Origin: the human T2T-CHM13v2.0 reference genome, Homo sapiens
Length of the DNA: 64,000 nt
Assembly (NCBI RefSeq): GCF_009914755.1
Contig: NC_060931.1
Direction: 5' to 3' (one strand)
Positions 39,981 through 55,630 of the stretch are shown in pieces (the first letter of the stretch is position 1; each line of letters opens with the position of its first letter). Position numbers and translations under genes: made by a program. The notes below the pieces were generated by a model. The model did not search any database and was not told the DNA's origin. It saw nothing but the letters and a program-made list of their open reading frames with translations.

Positions 39981-42299
39981 TAAATAATAAGAATGAACTC
40001 TAAACTAGATCAGTGAGGATGGGTAAGGAGACGTATTGATGGAAGAGCAGATGTTATATATTCTGATTTTAGAGGCCTTAGACTGGATAAACAGACTGCA
40101 GTTTGTAACTTAAGCACCCGGAAAGTGCTGCTTCAACATGCTTTTTCAATCCCATGGCATACACAAAGCTGATTAGGAAACAGAAACAATATTATGTAAC
40201 TCTTTTTTCCCCTGTATGCTATTGGCTTAGTGAATGTGGGCATTTAGACTGGGCATATATTTGGTTATACTGGAGTTGTAACTGGAATTCCGTATTTGAG
40301 CCTGGAACTGGTCCTTATTCTGCTGAGCATATTATAAGATAGAGTCTTTTTGAGGTGTGATGAGCAAGGCTAAATATAGAAGAGAATTTAACAATGTTTT
40401 AAAAACTAGAAATTTTTATGCTACTCTGATAAATGTCAATGTCACCTTAAGCATGAAGATAGGCTATTAAAACATTTCACAACTTCTTTTTATCATCTAT
40501 TATTTTTCTGAAAATACTGTACTGTAATTTGTTCCCAAAACATTGATTATCACATGCAGAGCCAATATTAAAACACAATTAAATTTAAATTTAAAACAAA
40601 TGAAAACAGGAAGGGAACAAAACTTTGAGTTTAATAAAGGGAGAAAAATTCATCTTGAGAATTGGGTTTAGGCAAAAATGTTTGGGAAGTTTTAGAAATC
40701 CTTATTAAGGTATAGGTCAGGATAATATGGTGATCACATGTCCATTTCCCCTTCAGAAGTGACTAGAGATGAGAAGCCAAGTGCCAGGGGACTTAATGTG
40801 TTCCATGGATATGTTTTGTCCTCCCCACACAGTAATTTTTTATGTGCTATATTTTTAAATTGGCAGATTGCCCATTACAAATTATAGATTTCTTATTTCT
40901 TTGGAAAAATGAAGTCTGAAGCACCAAGTACATTATTACTTGGCAACAACCAACTGCAGTTGGGTAGCAGCCTTCTCCTTTAAACCCGCACCCACCTGGC
41001 TTCTTAATTTATGTTCATAGCCTGTCTTCTGCAGTCATTATGTATTTGACTGTTCTACAATCTCCGCTTCTCGCTAAGGGAGGACACAATCTTTCTACCA
41101 ATTAGAAATATCTAGCTAGGGCTTACAAATTTCATAATTGATTTTAGTCCTGTCTGCTGAACTACATTTTTAAAAGATAGAGGACAAGATACACAATATA
41201 TTATAGACTTCAGCCACATTTTCTTCTTTGCATCTCCACTAATTCCTATTATTGATTTTCCTTTGAGCACATTGGTTTGTGCGCCTGAATTATAAGTAGT
41301 GACAGGTTGAACTTCCTCCACTCCTGTATGTGTCAGAGTTGCAATTAACAATCATGTAGGTCAGATAATAGTGATGACAATATAAAGGAAAAAATACTTC
41401 CTCCTAACTTAGTCTCGGAGGTTTTCTGTAGTGAATATGTTCCTTTACCTACAAAGAATATTTGCTTTCAAAATAATTTCTAATAAATGTCATATGTCAA
41501 CTCACTTTCCATGTAACTATTTCTATTTCTAGAAATCTGTTTAAGGTCAAGAACTAACATTAGTTACTCTTCTTTTATAAGCCTCTGTCGATGGCGTTCA
41601 TAAATTCTACAGGTCTTACTAACTTTCAGAATAAGTTAGCAATATTTTGAAATCCATTATAGATAATCTGAAAGATTAACATGCCTTACATCTGACCATA
41701 AATTTGATACTAATATAAAATTCTATTCAATCTTTCAGGCCCACAGTACATTTTTAACTTGTTTCAGAAAAAAATCTGGCCCAGGCCAGAGTATGTGAGT
41801 CACTTGAGATACCTTCCTTTACTGACAGCTTTTAAGTTATATACCCTACAATCTCTAGTACAAACATGCCCTTCCTAATTATTTTCCCCTTGCCCCTCAC
41901 ATGAACCTCCTTTTCCCTTCCAAGATATATCTCATATTACCTCTTTGTGATGTTCAGACATTCCCTAGCATTTGTATTCTCACCCCTTTCCAGTCTATTC
42001 AAATCCTACCCAAGTTTCATGGACCTTCTGAAATGCACGTCCTCCATAAAATTATTCCTGCTCACTCTACCTCTCTGATTCAATCATCTGGCAAATATCA
42101 TGTGCTAGATTGAAATATTATTTATCTTATCAAGTCAATATGTTTTAATACCTTTAGCAATATGCTTACAAAAATGTCCTATATTCCATGTGTTTTTTAA
42201 TCCAATAAATTACTTTTCATAAGAAAAACTCATAAATATTCATCAGTGGCTAACCTAGTTCTGAGATCTAATAGCTTAAATCAAAGATCCAGTATCATC

Positions 42300-43445
42300 A
42301 AATTTTCTCTCTCTCGAGTATCTTTCCCATCAACAGACAAGCATGTTTCTAGTCCCAGTATGTTTTTTAAAATTTTCTCTTGACCTTATTTCTCCCTCCA
42401 GCTATAGCCCATCTCTCTGTTCCTCTTTGTAGCTGAACTGATGCTCTTATTCAGATTTAAGTGTCCAGCCCATATGATATTTAATACTCATATAAAAATT
42501 AACATGTCCAAAATCAATACTGATTTCCACTCCTGACCCCAAACTTGCTATTCCATTTCCACATATCATTTAATAGTAATTTCACCTCTCTCATTGTTAA
42601 AGCTAGATATTAATATATTGGGATATTGGGATCATTTTAACTTGTCTTTCTCTTACGCAAAATAGCTAATCCAGTGGGAAATCCTATTGTCTCCAACTTC
42701 AGAATTTATCTGGAATCCAAATATGTCTCATCTCTGACACTGCTATTTGACTATTTAATTCCACTTGAATAATTTCAATAGCTTCTGTCTGGTCTGCCAG
42801 CTTCCACTCTTGCTCAACTTTTGTGTATCTACTCTCTACACAGTAAGTAACCAGTGTGATGCTATCAGATCATGTCAGTTCCTCTGCCTCAAACTCATCC
42901 AATGGCTTCCCATGTCAATAAAAGGAAAAACCAAAGATTTTGCAAATCCTACAAAGTTCCATGTGATCTTAAACCCACCCACTTTTACTTCTAGTGCTCT
43001 CTTCTTTGCTCACATCCTTCCAGCCACATTGACCAATGTATTCTTCTTCAAACATACCATCTATGCTTATGCCTCAGGGCCTTTGCACATGCCATTCCCT
43101 CTGCCTGGAATACTTTTCCTTCCTATAAGCATATAACCCCCTTTAGGCCTTTGCTCATCAGTAGTTAGCATCAGCATCACCTTTTCAGTGAGAATTTATG
43201 TGAACAGTCTCTTTAAAATGTTAACCCCTACCCACCTTAGCATTCCCTATTATCCTCATTGCTTTATTTGTCTTCAAGTCCACTTATCTACATCTGATAT
43301 AGTATTTGTTTTACTTATTTTGTCTTCCCAACTGGAATGTAAATTAGGGATTTATCTCTAATCCTCAGAATAGTGGCTCACATGTAATAGGTATTCAGTA
43401 AATATTTTCTGAATGTAAGAATAGTTAAATGAATGAATGAATAAC
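42300..43445 (+). mobile_element. L2 3' region
   Basis: GCCTCAGGGCCTTTGCACATGCCATTCCCTCTGCCTGGAAT, CTCAAACTCATCCAATGGCTTCCC and a terminal GAATGAATGAA. Confidence 0.8.
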
Positions 43446-45959
43446 AACAGATTACCTATAACAAAACTAGATTCTAGGTGAAATTGAATTATAATGCATT
43501 TCCCCTGATAAATTCTGGGGGTAACTCCCATGCTATCTTTGTGTGATACAAATCATGCTTCTTTTTTTTTTTTTGGACTTAAATACCACTTACGCACTGT
43601 TCAGTTACTATAATTTTGTCTTCATTCTTCACTGTTTCTGTGAACTTTATACTCACCTCTCTGTTGGACAAGGCACAATAATGTTGCTCCAGCACTGTAA
43701 GTTCAAAATGCCCAAATCTTACTATACCTCCTCAAACCCTCTCACTCTGCTTTGCTAAGCATGTCAATAAATGGCTACACTTCTCACCCAAGCCAGATAT
43801 GTGGCAATTGTCTTAGAGTTTTCATCATCTGGTCTAAGTGCATCTAAGCACTCCAAACATAAAAATTGAAGGCATATCCACTCTTTTCCTTATCTTTACA
43901 AGCAAAGGTGGAAAGATAATTTTTGTGAGAAGTATTTGTGTGGGTTTTTTTTTCCGTTTTTCTCTTTTACATTAAATAGGAGAATAAACATGTAAGTATT
44001 TTCTTGCCACAGGAACTTTTTCAGGGTAGAAAGAAGAAGCTATGTAGAAACCCAGGGACAGAAGGCAAAAAGAAGCAAAAAAGAGAGAGATGAACAACTA
44101 AGACATGAGAACAGATAGTTGTATAAAGTACATGGTGTTTCCAGAGGCGCTATCCTATGTATAGTGGTGGTCAGACTCTCCAAAGAGCCACGCACTTCAT
44201 ATAAGACCTGAGAGCTGGAAAGTCTCCAGACTTCAGGCTATTTGCAGACTAGAACAAAGACACATATTGAAGCCAGAAAGACCAATGACCAGTGGCCTCC
44301 CTTATTGCTGCACAAGACATTGAATGGTTGCAAACACAAGGAGCACTGAACCCCAATAATGACTAAAACTGACTGTTTCACCAGCCCAGAAGAATGGGAG
44401 CTCTGTCAGCTTTAAGTTTATTTAAATAAAATAAATATCCATGGAATTTCAGCATTTGTAGGCTAAAATTTATATATTTTGCTCAATAAGCAGTCTCTCT
44501 CTCACTCATTTTTGAAAAACAAAGCCACTAGAGTGACTAGAATTTCAGAAAAAGACATTATTTCAGAACAAATATAGAATTATTTTTTAAAAAGCCTTGA
44601 AGTTCCAAGGACTGCAATTTTTCATCATACCTTTTAAACTTGGGAAAGTATGGTCTTTCCTTTCGTCTCTCATTTCTCCTCTTTCAAATAACATTTGATA
44701 AATAGAACTGTCCACTAACAAAACAGAATTCTGCACACAATAGCATCAACTCATTTAAGGTCACAGTCTCTCCAATAACTTAAAATCTTAGATAAGCAAT
44801 GAAGTAGACAGAATAGGAGCTGGCAGTAGTTGCAGAGATGAGGACAAGGGGAGAAAATTATAAGCCTGAGCACATGAGTCATTTTAATGCATCCATTTTG
44901 ACAAAGGAGCATTTTTGATGTAGCCTAAATCAGAAAATTATAATTGCTTTTATGACCCAGAATTGTGACAAGCATATCTTCCCCACCCTTCTCAGAGCCA
45001 TATCCTTTGCTGCCTCTTACTTTCATAGATAAAGTGAAATGTAGGGATTGACTATGGAGAACATACAAGGTAGGGGTTAGGTTCTAACAGCTACATAAAC
45101 TATATCTCACTAAGATTTCTGTGGTTATCGGACTTATCTCTAAGGGACCATTGGTCATTCTGAGAAAAGTATGTATTGCCCAAGAAGTCTTTTTTAAATT
45201 GAATATTTACCTTTCAAATTATCTAATTTCTCTCTCAAAATTGAACTGTTTTATTTACTCCAATGAATAAATAAAATTGCATGCTTATTAATGGTATTTG
45301 GATTTTTTTAACTGTGAAATTCTGAAGGACAGAAACATCTCCCTTTTGTAGGCTTTGTAGGCTTCCTGATTATGCACCATTAGAAACAAATATAGGACAT
45401 TGGATGTGAAAGGGTTGTATAAAAGCTATTTGTGTCTTTTGAAGTGGGCTGGTCAGTTATTTTTCAGATTATTGCTTAATTTGTGTTAGTCTGGTGTCTT
45501 CCTATGTTTAGATTTACATTATGCATTTTTGGCAAGAACACTACGGAAATAATGTGCCTTTCTTAATGCTCTTTTGTTTTGAGATCCAGACTGCATAGAA
45601 GATTTCCCAAAAATATCCTTTCATTTCAGTGACTAAAAGACTTTCCTTGGTTTTATTGCTTAACTAGTCTATGCTTCATTTTCTTCCTCTATACAGTTTG
45701 GATACCAATGGTACCTTCATCACAAAGTTGTTGTGATGATTAAACAAAGTCATACTAATAAAATATGTAGTACAGCACTTGGCACTTAGTAAACTCTAAA
45801 TAAATAGTAGCCATTATGAATATTCATTAATTAAAAACAAATATTTAACATGAAATAAGAACTTTCTGTGTTTACATTATTTTGCTTATTTAAGCTAGTG
45901 AACAACCCCATCAAATAGAAAAGTCATCATTAGAGTACTATCATAGTAATGCAGGCCAG

Positions 45960-46770
45960 ATTACCAATAAATAGTAAAATTAGTGGGTGAAAGATTAAGA
46001 AGAAGTAGGATATTTGCATAGTCTCAATGTGTCTCCCTCGAAATATTTATTATAAATGGGAAAATAGTTCCATGAATGTGAGTTCCATGAAGGCAACTTT
46101 AAAGTAGGGCACCTCAATAGACATGACTTTAAAAAGCAAATTCAAAAGGCCTGAGTCAGCAGGCTGCCTTCTTGATACAGAGGAATATGGAGGCCATTGT
46201 GGCTAAGGGCAGACAAAGCAAGTGGTTAACTAAATGTTCAAGGCTAACATCACATGACATATTAACATCATGTACTACTGCCTTATTTGCTGCCTAATAT
46301 AATACAATGAGAAGGGTACATTATTTTTGCACTCTATCCATAAGGAGTATCCTCACTCTAACCATGGGAAATCATCATATATACCCAAATTGACAGACAT
46401 TCTGCAAAATATCTGACCAATGCTTTTCCAAAGTGGCATGATCAGAAAAGACAATGAAATACTGAAGAATATTGCAGATTGAAATAGACTAAGGAAACAT
46501 GGAAACTATATCCAATGTGGGATCCTGGGTGGATGTTGGACCAGTAAATGGATATTAGTGGAAAAAATCGTGAAATTTGAATAAGATCTGTAGTTTAGTA
46601 AATAGTAATATACCAATGTTCACTTCTTAATTTCAATAAACACAATGGTTATGTAATATTTTAACAATAGAGGAAGCTCAGTAAAGAGTATACAAGGTCT
46701 TTCTCTACTACTACTGCAATTTTATCTGTAGGTCTAAAATTATTTCAAAATTTGAGAAGTTTAAAAAAAA
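45960..46770 (+). mobile_element. Old L1M (L1MC/ME-like) 3' end
   Basis: GAAATTTGAATAAGATCTGTAGTTTAG...TCTAAAATTATTTCAAAAT plus A tail. Confidence 0.7.
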
Positions 46771-47379
46771 TCCAGTAGATACCACTATTTTCAGATGAGG
46801 AAATGAAGTAGAATGTGTTAAGGTCACAGCTAGTAAGAGTAGGAGATGAAATTCTAAACCAGTCAGTTGGGATACAGAGCCTGCACGTTTAAAACTTCAT
46901 AGAACTTCTCATTAAAATAAGTATACATTATTACACAATGATAATTTAGGAGGTGGTAAAACCCACCTAGGTGTTAACTCAATTGTAAAAAAATGTTTAT
47001 TTTTATAATTCATTTTTTTCTCATTATATTGGTAATGAATACTAATATAAGAAGTCTTGGCTAAAAGACTCCTTCCTGTATCAAATTACAACCTCCACAT
47101 TCACTTTTAGCACCTCCACTCTTTTTCCCTCCTTTTTTTCCTCTCCCCAATTTTTTCTCTCTCTCCCCACAACCGCCTCCTCACACACACACTTAAAAAA
47201 AAAATCTCTTCATCTCTATGCCTTAGAATGTGAGTTCCATGAAGGCAGGTATTTTTATCTGTTTTATCCCAAGTTCCTAGAGATAGTAAGTGATCAATTT
47301 CCTGAATTAATAAATGAATTAATGAAGAGTCTCTACCCTCATGGAAATGCAAGTGTTCCAATTTTAAATGGAAGGGAAG

Positions 47380-47820
47380 GCTGCACTAAGAGGGCATTTA
47401 GGCAAAGATTTGAAGGACGTGTGTGGGCAAGCCATGCATATAATTGGAGACAGATAATTCAGGCCAAAGAAAGCAAACTCGAAAGGCCTGAGTTGGCAGG
47501 CTGCCTTATTGATACAGAGGAACATGGAGGCCAGTGTGGTTAGGAGAGACAAAGCAAGTGGTGGAAGCCATGAGAGATGACGTGAGAAAGACAACGAGGA
47601 GCTGCAGACACACAGAAGCTAGTAAATTGTAAAGACTTTCCCCTAGGTGAGATGGAAATCTACTGGAGAGTTTTAAGCAAGTAAGTGTTATGGTTTGACT
47701 TAAATGTGTACAAGATCACTCTGGCTATTGTGCATAGATTCTAGTGAGCAAAAAGGGAGGTAGGAAGACCAGTTAGAATCTACTCCAGAAACTTAGGCGA
47801 AATACTGTACTGGCATGGAC
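47380..47820 (-). mobile_element. L2 fragment
   Basis: GAGATGGAAATCTACTGGAGAGTTTTAAGCA...AAGATCACTCTGGCT. Confidence 0.65.
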
Positions 47821-48369
47821 AAGTCTGGTAGTGGCTGAATTCTAACCGTGCTATTCACAGGATAACATTACTTTCCCTATCTTCAAAGCAGTTATAGTCT
47901 CATATCCAGAAACTTTTCCCAAAGAAACATCTTATGTTATCCTGTTCAGCAATTACAACTCTCTAATAGGCCTTGTGTGTCTACCATTGTGGTAGCTGCA
48001 CTGTGAACAGTATAAAATGATTACAATTGAAGGGGTTAATATTTTTTTTTAGTATGAAATAACTTTTTCAACAAAATCCTCTATCCACTCCCCCTCCCTA
48101 TACCCATAAGAGTGTTCTACTTTTATTATCCTTGGATGTGGCCCTATTATGATAACCCATATCCCACAAACAATGACATTTGGATTCACACATTCTTTAC
48201 AGATGTGTAAACAGGAGTATGCAGTCCCATTGAGGATAAGGGGTTCGGACACAGAGCCAGAATTTATAAAAGAATGTTCAACAGTTTCTTCCAAGTTTTT
48301 CATAGAAATGGGCCTCTCAGGGGTGGAAGTAGCATAAAGTATTTGGTGAAAGTTCTTCCCTAGTGGAGC

Positions 48370-48865
48370 TTACATTGTTTAGAATAAGAATTGTTAACCA
48401 CATGTAAATACACAACTAACAGGAAACTTATAGACCTTGTCAAATGCCAGGAAGTAAACAAATGGGAAAATGAGATGGAGTGACAAGAGGAAACAACATC
48501 TGATGGAATAGCATGGCAAGGTGTCTTCAAAGAGGTGACATTTAAGCTGAGACCCAAAAGTTGAATATGTGAAGACCTGGGGAAAAAGTATTCAATGGAA
48601 AAAAAGTATCTAAGTCTAAAAATCATTAAATAGCAAAGAACTTAGTTAGTTTAAGGAATAGAAAAAAAAGGCAAATTTCTATAGTTGGAAAGGAAGCCAT
48701 GAGGGAAAGTATCTGAGATGAAGTAGAGAGAAGTAGGTGGAAACCAGATCATGTCAGGCATTTAGGCCAGGACAAAGGATTTGGATTTTATTCCAAGAGC
48801 AATGGGAAGCCATTGGAAGCTAATGATGACAAGAGTAACATAGTCTGACTCACAATTTTTAAGTT
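48370..48865 (-). mobile_element. L2 fragment (host of the L1M insertion)
   Basis: GAGGTGACATTTAAGCTGAGACC and GGATTTTATTCCAAGAGCAATGGGAAGCCATTG. Confidence 0.7.
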
Positions 48866-48870
48866 AAGGA

Positions 48871-51800
48871 TTTTTTTAATTGACACATTGTAATTATACA
48901 TTTAGATATACATTTATATGGGGTACATGCTGATGTTCCAATACATATGTATGTTGTATAATAATCAAGTCAGGGTATTTAGCACATCCATCACATCATG
49001 CATTTATCATTTCTTTCTGTGGTGAGAACATTGAAAAGCCTCTTTTCTAGCTATTTTGTAATATACAGTACCTTACCATGAACCATCATCGCCCTATTTT
49101 GCAACAACACCAGAATTATTCCTTCTATCTAATTGTAACCTTGTACCCTTTGACCAATCTCTCTCTATCCTCCCCTTCCTTCTCTTTCCCAATCTCTAGT
49201 AATCATTGTTCTACTGTCTACTTTGATGATATCAACTCTCTTTATGATTATTATTATTTAGTTTTTATATATGAGTGAGATTATGTCATATTTGTCTTTT
49301 TGTGTCTGGCTTATTTCATTTAAGATGATGTCCTCTAGGTCCATCCATTTTGTTGCAAATGAGAGGATTTCATTCTTTCATAGGGATGAATAGTGTTCCA
49401 TTGTGTATAATTAGCACATTTTCTTTATCCATTTATCCACTGTTGGATGCTTGAGTTGATTCCACATTTGCTTATTGTAAATAGTGCTGTAATAGACATC
49501 AGAGTGCAGATAGCTCTTTGATATACTGATTTTATTTCCTTTGGGTATATACCCAGTATTCCTGGATCATATGTTAGTTCTGTTTTTAGTTTTTTTTGAA
49601 AGACCTTCATACTGTTTTTATAGTGATCTTACTAATTTATAATCTAACCAACAGTATGTTAGTGTCCCTTTTTCTCCACATCATTTCCCATGCTAGTTTT
49701 CTTTTGTTTTTTTGAAAATAGCCATTCTAGCTAAAATAAGGTGGTATCCCATAAATTCGATTTGCATTTCCCTAATAAATAGTGATGTTGAGAACTTTAT
49801 AATGTACCTATTGGTCATTTGTATGTCTCCTTTTGAGAAATATGTATGAAGGTCTTTTGTCTATTTTAAAAATTGGGTTATTTGGTTTTTTGGCTGTTGA
49901 ATTAAGTTCCTCATATATTCAAAATATTAACCCATTCTTAGATGGATCATTTGCAAATATTGGTTTGCATCCTGTAGGTTGTCATGTAAACATTTTTAGT
50001 TGTTTCCTTTGTTGTGAAGAAGCTTTTTAGTTTGGTGTAATCCCATTTGTCTGTCTTTTGCTTGTATTGTTTTTGCTTTTGAGGTCTTATTTTTAAAATT
50101 CTTGCCCACCCCAGTGTGGTAAACCATTTATCTTGTTTTTCTTTTTCTAGTAGTTTTATATTTTCAGATTTTAAATTTAAGTCTCTAATATATTTTGAGT
50201 TTATCTATCTATATAGTAAGAGGTAGAAATCCAGTCTCATTCTTCTGCATGGGGATATTCAATTTTCCCAGCACCATTTATTGATGAGACTGTCTTTCCT
50301 TAATTGTGTGTTCTTGACACCTTTTTTTTTGAAATTTAGTATGCTGTAGTTGTGTTAATTTATTTCTGAGCTCTGTATTCTGTTCCACTGGTCTATTTTT
50401 TTATGGCAGTACCATGCTGCTTTGGTTAGTATAACTTTGTAGTATATTTTGAAGGCAGGTATTGTGAGGCCTCTAGCTTTGTTCTTTTTGATCAGGAGTA
50501 CTTTGGCTATTTGGGATCTTTTGTAGTTCCATATGAATTTTATAATTGTTTTTCCTATTTCTGTGAAGAATGTCATTGGTATTTTGACAGAGAGTACATT
50601 ATTAATTTTTACAGTCCATGAACACAGGATATCTTTCCATTTATGTTTATCTTCTTCAATTTCCTTTATCAATGTTTTATAGTTTTCAGTGTAGAGATAT
50701 TTCACCTCCTTCAGTAAGTTTATTCCTGTCTTATATTTTTGGTAGCTATTAAAAACAGAATTGCTTTCTAGATTTCTTTTCAAATAATGTTATCTGCAAA
50801 CAGGGACAATTTGACTTCCTCCTTTTAAATTTGGATGTAATTTATATTTCCTCTTGCCTATTTGCTCTGACCAGGGCTTTACAATACTATTTGGAATAGG
50901 AGTGGTGAAAGTGAACATACTTGTTTTGTTCCAGATCATAGTGGAAAAACTTTCAGCTTTTCCCTGTTCGGTATGATGTTAGCTGTGGGTTGTCATATAT
51001 GGCCTTTACTGTGATGAGATACATAAACTTCCATACTAATCCATTGTCACATTGCTATAAGGAAATACCTGAGACTGAATAAGAAAAGAGGTTTAACTGA
51101 TGCACAGTTCTTCAGGATGTACAGGAAGAATGACTGGGTAGGCCTCTGGAAACTTACAATCATGGCAGAAGGCAAAGTGGAAGTAGGCACATCCAACATG
51201 GCTGAAGAAGGAGGAAGAGAGCAAAAGTGGAGGGGCTGTACACATTTTAACAACCTGGTCTCATAAGAACTCACTCGCTATCATGAGAAGAGCAAAGGGA
51301 AAATCCACCCCCATGATCCAATCACTGCACACCAGGCCTCTCTCCCAACATTATGGATTACAATTCCACATGTGATTGGGCAGGGACACAAATAAAAACC
51401 ATATCATTTCACCCCTGGCCCCTCCCAAATCTCACGTCCTCCTCACGTTGCAAAATACAATGATCACTTCTTAACAGTCCCTCAAGTCTTAACTCATTTC
51501 AACATTAACTCAACAGTCCAAGTCTAAAATCTTATCTGAGACAAGGCAAGTTCTTTCTGCCTATGAGCATGTAAACTCAAAAACAAGTTAGTTACTTCCA
51601 AGATGCAGTGGGGGTACAGGCATTGGGTGAATACACCTGTTCCAAAAGGGAGAAATCAGCCAAAACAAAGGGGCTACAGGCCCCATGCAGGTCCAGAACC
51701 CAGCAGGGCAGTCATTATATCTTAAACCTCCAAAATAATCTCCTTTGACTCCATGTCACACATCCAGGCCACAATAATGCAAGGGGTCTGCTCCCAAGGT

Positions 51801-53842
51801 CTTGGGTATCTCCCCCGCTATGGCTCTGAAGGGCACAGGCCCCTTGGCTGCTTTTATGGGCTGGTGTTGAGTGCCTACAGCTTTTCCAGGTGTGTGGTGC
51901 AAGCTGTCAGTGGATCTAGCATTCTGGGGTCTGAAGGATGGTGGCCCTCTTCTTACAACTCTAGTAGGCAGTGCCCCAGTGGGGACTCTGTATGAGGACT
52001 CCAACTCCATATTTCCTTTCTGCACTTGCCTAGTAGAGGATCTCCTTGAGGGCTATTCCCTGCAGCCAACATCTGCCTGGACAGCCAGGCATTTTCATAC
52101 ATGCTCTGAAATCTAGGCAAAGGCTGCCAACCGTCAACTCTTGCCCTCTGTGCACCTGCAGGGTTAACACTACATGGAAGCTGCCAAGGCCTACAGCTTG
52201 AACCCTCTGGAGCAGTGGCCTGAGATATATCTGGGTCCCTTTTAGCCATGGCTGGAGCTGGAGCAGCTGGGATTCAGGGAGCAGAATATCAAGGTTGCAC
52301 AGGACAGTGGGGTCCTGGGTCTGGGCCACAAAACCAGTCTTCTCTCCTGGGCCTCCAGGCCTGTGATGGGAGGGGCTGCCATGAAGGTCTCCGAAATGCT
52401 TCAGAAATATTTTCCCCATTATCTTAGCTTTTAACATTCAGCTCCTCTCTACTTATGCAAATTTCTGCCCCTGGCTTGAATTCTACCCCAGAAAATGGGT
52501 TTGTCTTTTCTACCACATGGTCAGGCTGCAAATTTTCCAAACTTGTATGCTCTGCTTCCCTTTTAAACGGAAGTTTCAGTTTCAGATAATCTCTTTGCTC
52601 ATGCATATGAGCATACACTGTTAGAAGCAGCCAGGTCATGTCTTGAGTGCTTTGCTGCTTAGAAATTTCTTCCACCAGGTACCCTAAATCATCACTCTCA
52701 AGTTCAAAGTTCTTAATAAGTTCCTCGTCTCCAACTGAGACTTCACCAGTCTGGCCATCTCTGTCCAGATCACTGTGAGCATTTTGCTCAGAACCATTCA
52801 AAAAGTCTCTAGGAAGTTCCAAACCTTCCCATATCTTCCTGTCTTCTTCTGATCCCTCCAAACTGTTGCAACCTCTGCCTGTTACCCAGTTCCAAAACTG
52901 CCACCATGTTTTCAGATATCTTTATAGCAATGCCCCACTCCTGGTACCAATTTTCTGTATTAGTTTATTCTTACATTGCTATAAAGTACTACCTGAGACT
53001 AAGTAATTTATAAAAAAAAAAAAGAGGTTCAATTGACTCACAGTTCTGTGAGCTGTACAGGAAGCATGGCTAGGGAGCCCTCTAGAAACTTACAATCATG
53101 GAAGAAGGTGAAGGAGAAGAAGGCATGTCTTACATGGCTGCAGAAGGAGGAAGAGAGTGAAAGGGGAGGTGCTACACCCTTTTAAACACCAGATCTCATG
53201 AGAACTCATTCACTATTATGAAAACTGCAAGGAGGAAATCCACCCCCATGATCCAGTCACCTCCTATAAGGCCCTTATTGAAGATTACCATTGGATGTGA
53301 GATTTGGGTGGGGACACTAATCCATATTATACCTAATACTTCTATACCTAATTTGTTGAGCATTTTTTATCATGAAGGGATGCTGAATTTTGCCAAATGC
53401 ATTTTCTATGTCTATTGAGATGCTCATGTAGTTTTGTCTTCCTTTTTTATTGTAATGTATCACATTTATTGATGCATATGTTGAACCATCTTTGCATTCC
53501 TAAGATTAATTCCACTTGATCATAATGTATGATCTTTTTCATGGTCTGTTGAATTCAGTTTGCTGGTAAGTTATTTTGGATTTTTTTTCATCTACGTTCA
53601 TCAGGGATATTGCCTATAGTTTTTTCGTTATATCTTTGTCTGGTTATGGACTCAAAGTAACACTGGCTTCATAAAATAAGTTTGGAAGTATTTTCTCCTC
53701 TTCAGTTTTCTGGAATAGTTTGAGAAGAATTGGTATTAGCTCTCCTTTAGATGTTTGGTAGAATTCAGCAGCGAAGCCATCAGATATTGAGGTTTTCTTT
53801 TTTTTTTCAAGTTTTTATTAGTGATTCAATTTCCATACCTGT
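48871..53842 (-). mobile_element. L1M (L1MA-like) 3' UTR and ORF2 remnant, split by a MaLR at 51032-53337
   Basis: ORF 50355..50783 carries L1 ORF2 motifs (YTENYKTLIKEIEED..KWKDI..SW and YYK...KAAWY). The L1 text resumes in register after the MaLR. Confidence 0.9.
51032..53337 (-). mobile_element. Two-LTR MaLR element (MSTA/THE1D-like): LTR 51032-51406, internal 51407-52955, LTR 52956-53337
   Basis: Two homologous LTRs and a ~1.55-kb internal region with a MaLR ORF remnant (EGSEEDRKIWEGLELPRD). 5-bp TSD ACTTC at 51027-51031 and 53338-53342. Confidence 0.92.
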
Positions 53843-53959
53843 TCTGACTTACATTTTTCAAAATTTATTCTGAAATTATGTGGAGGACAATTTTTAAAGT
53901 ATCAATAATAGAAGTGTTTTATTCATCTTTTCATTGCCAGTTCCTTGTAGTATATTGAC

Positions 53960-55630
<1,671 letters not shown>

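Noticed and set aside
52030-52861. 135-aa and 145-aa ORFs
   Set aside because: Broken MaLR internal ORF remnants, not an intact gene.
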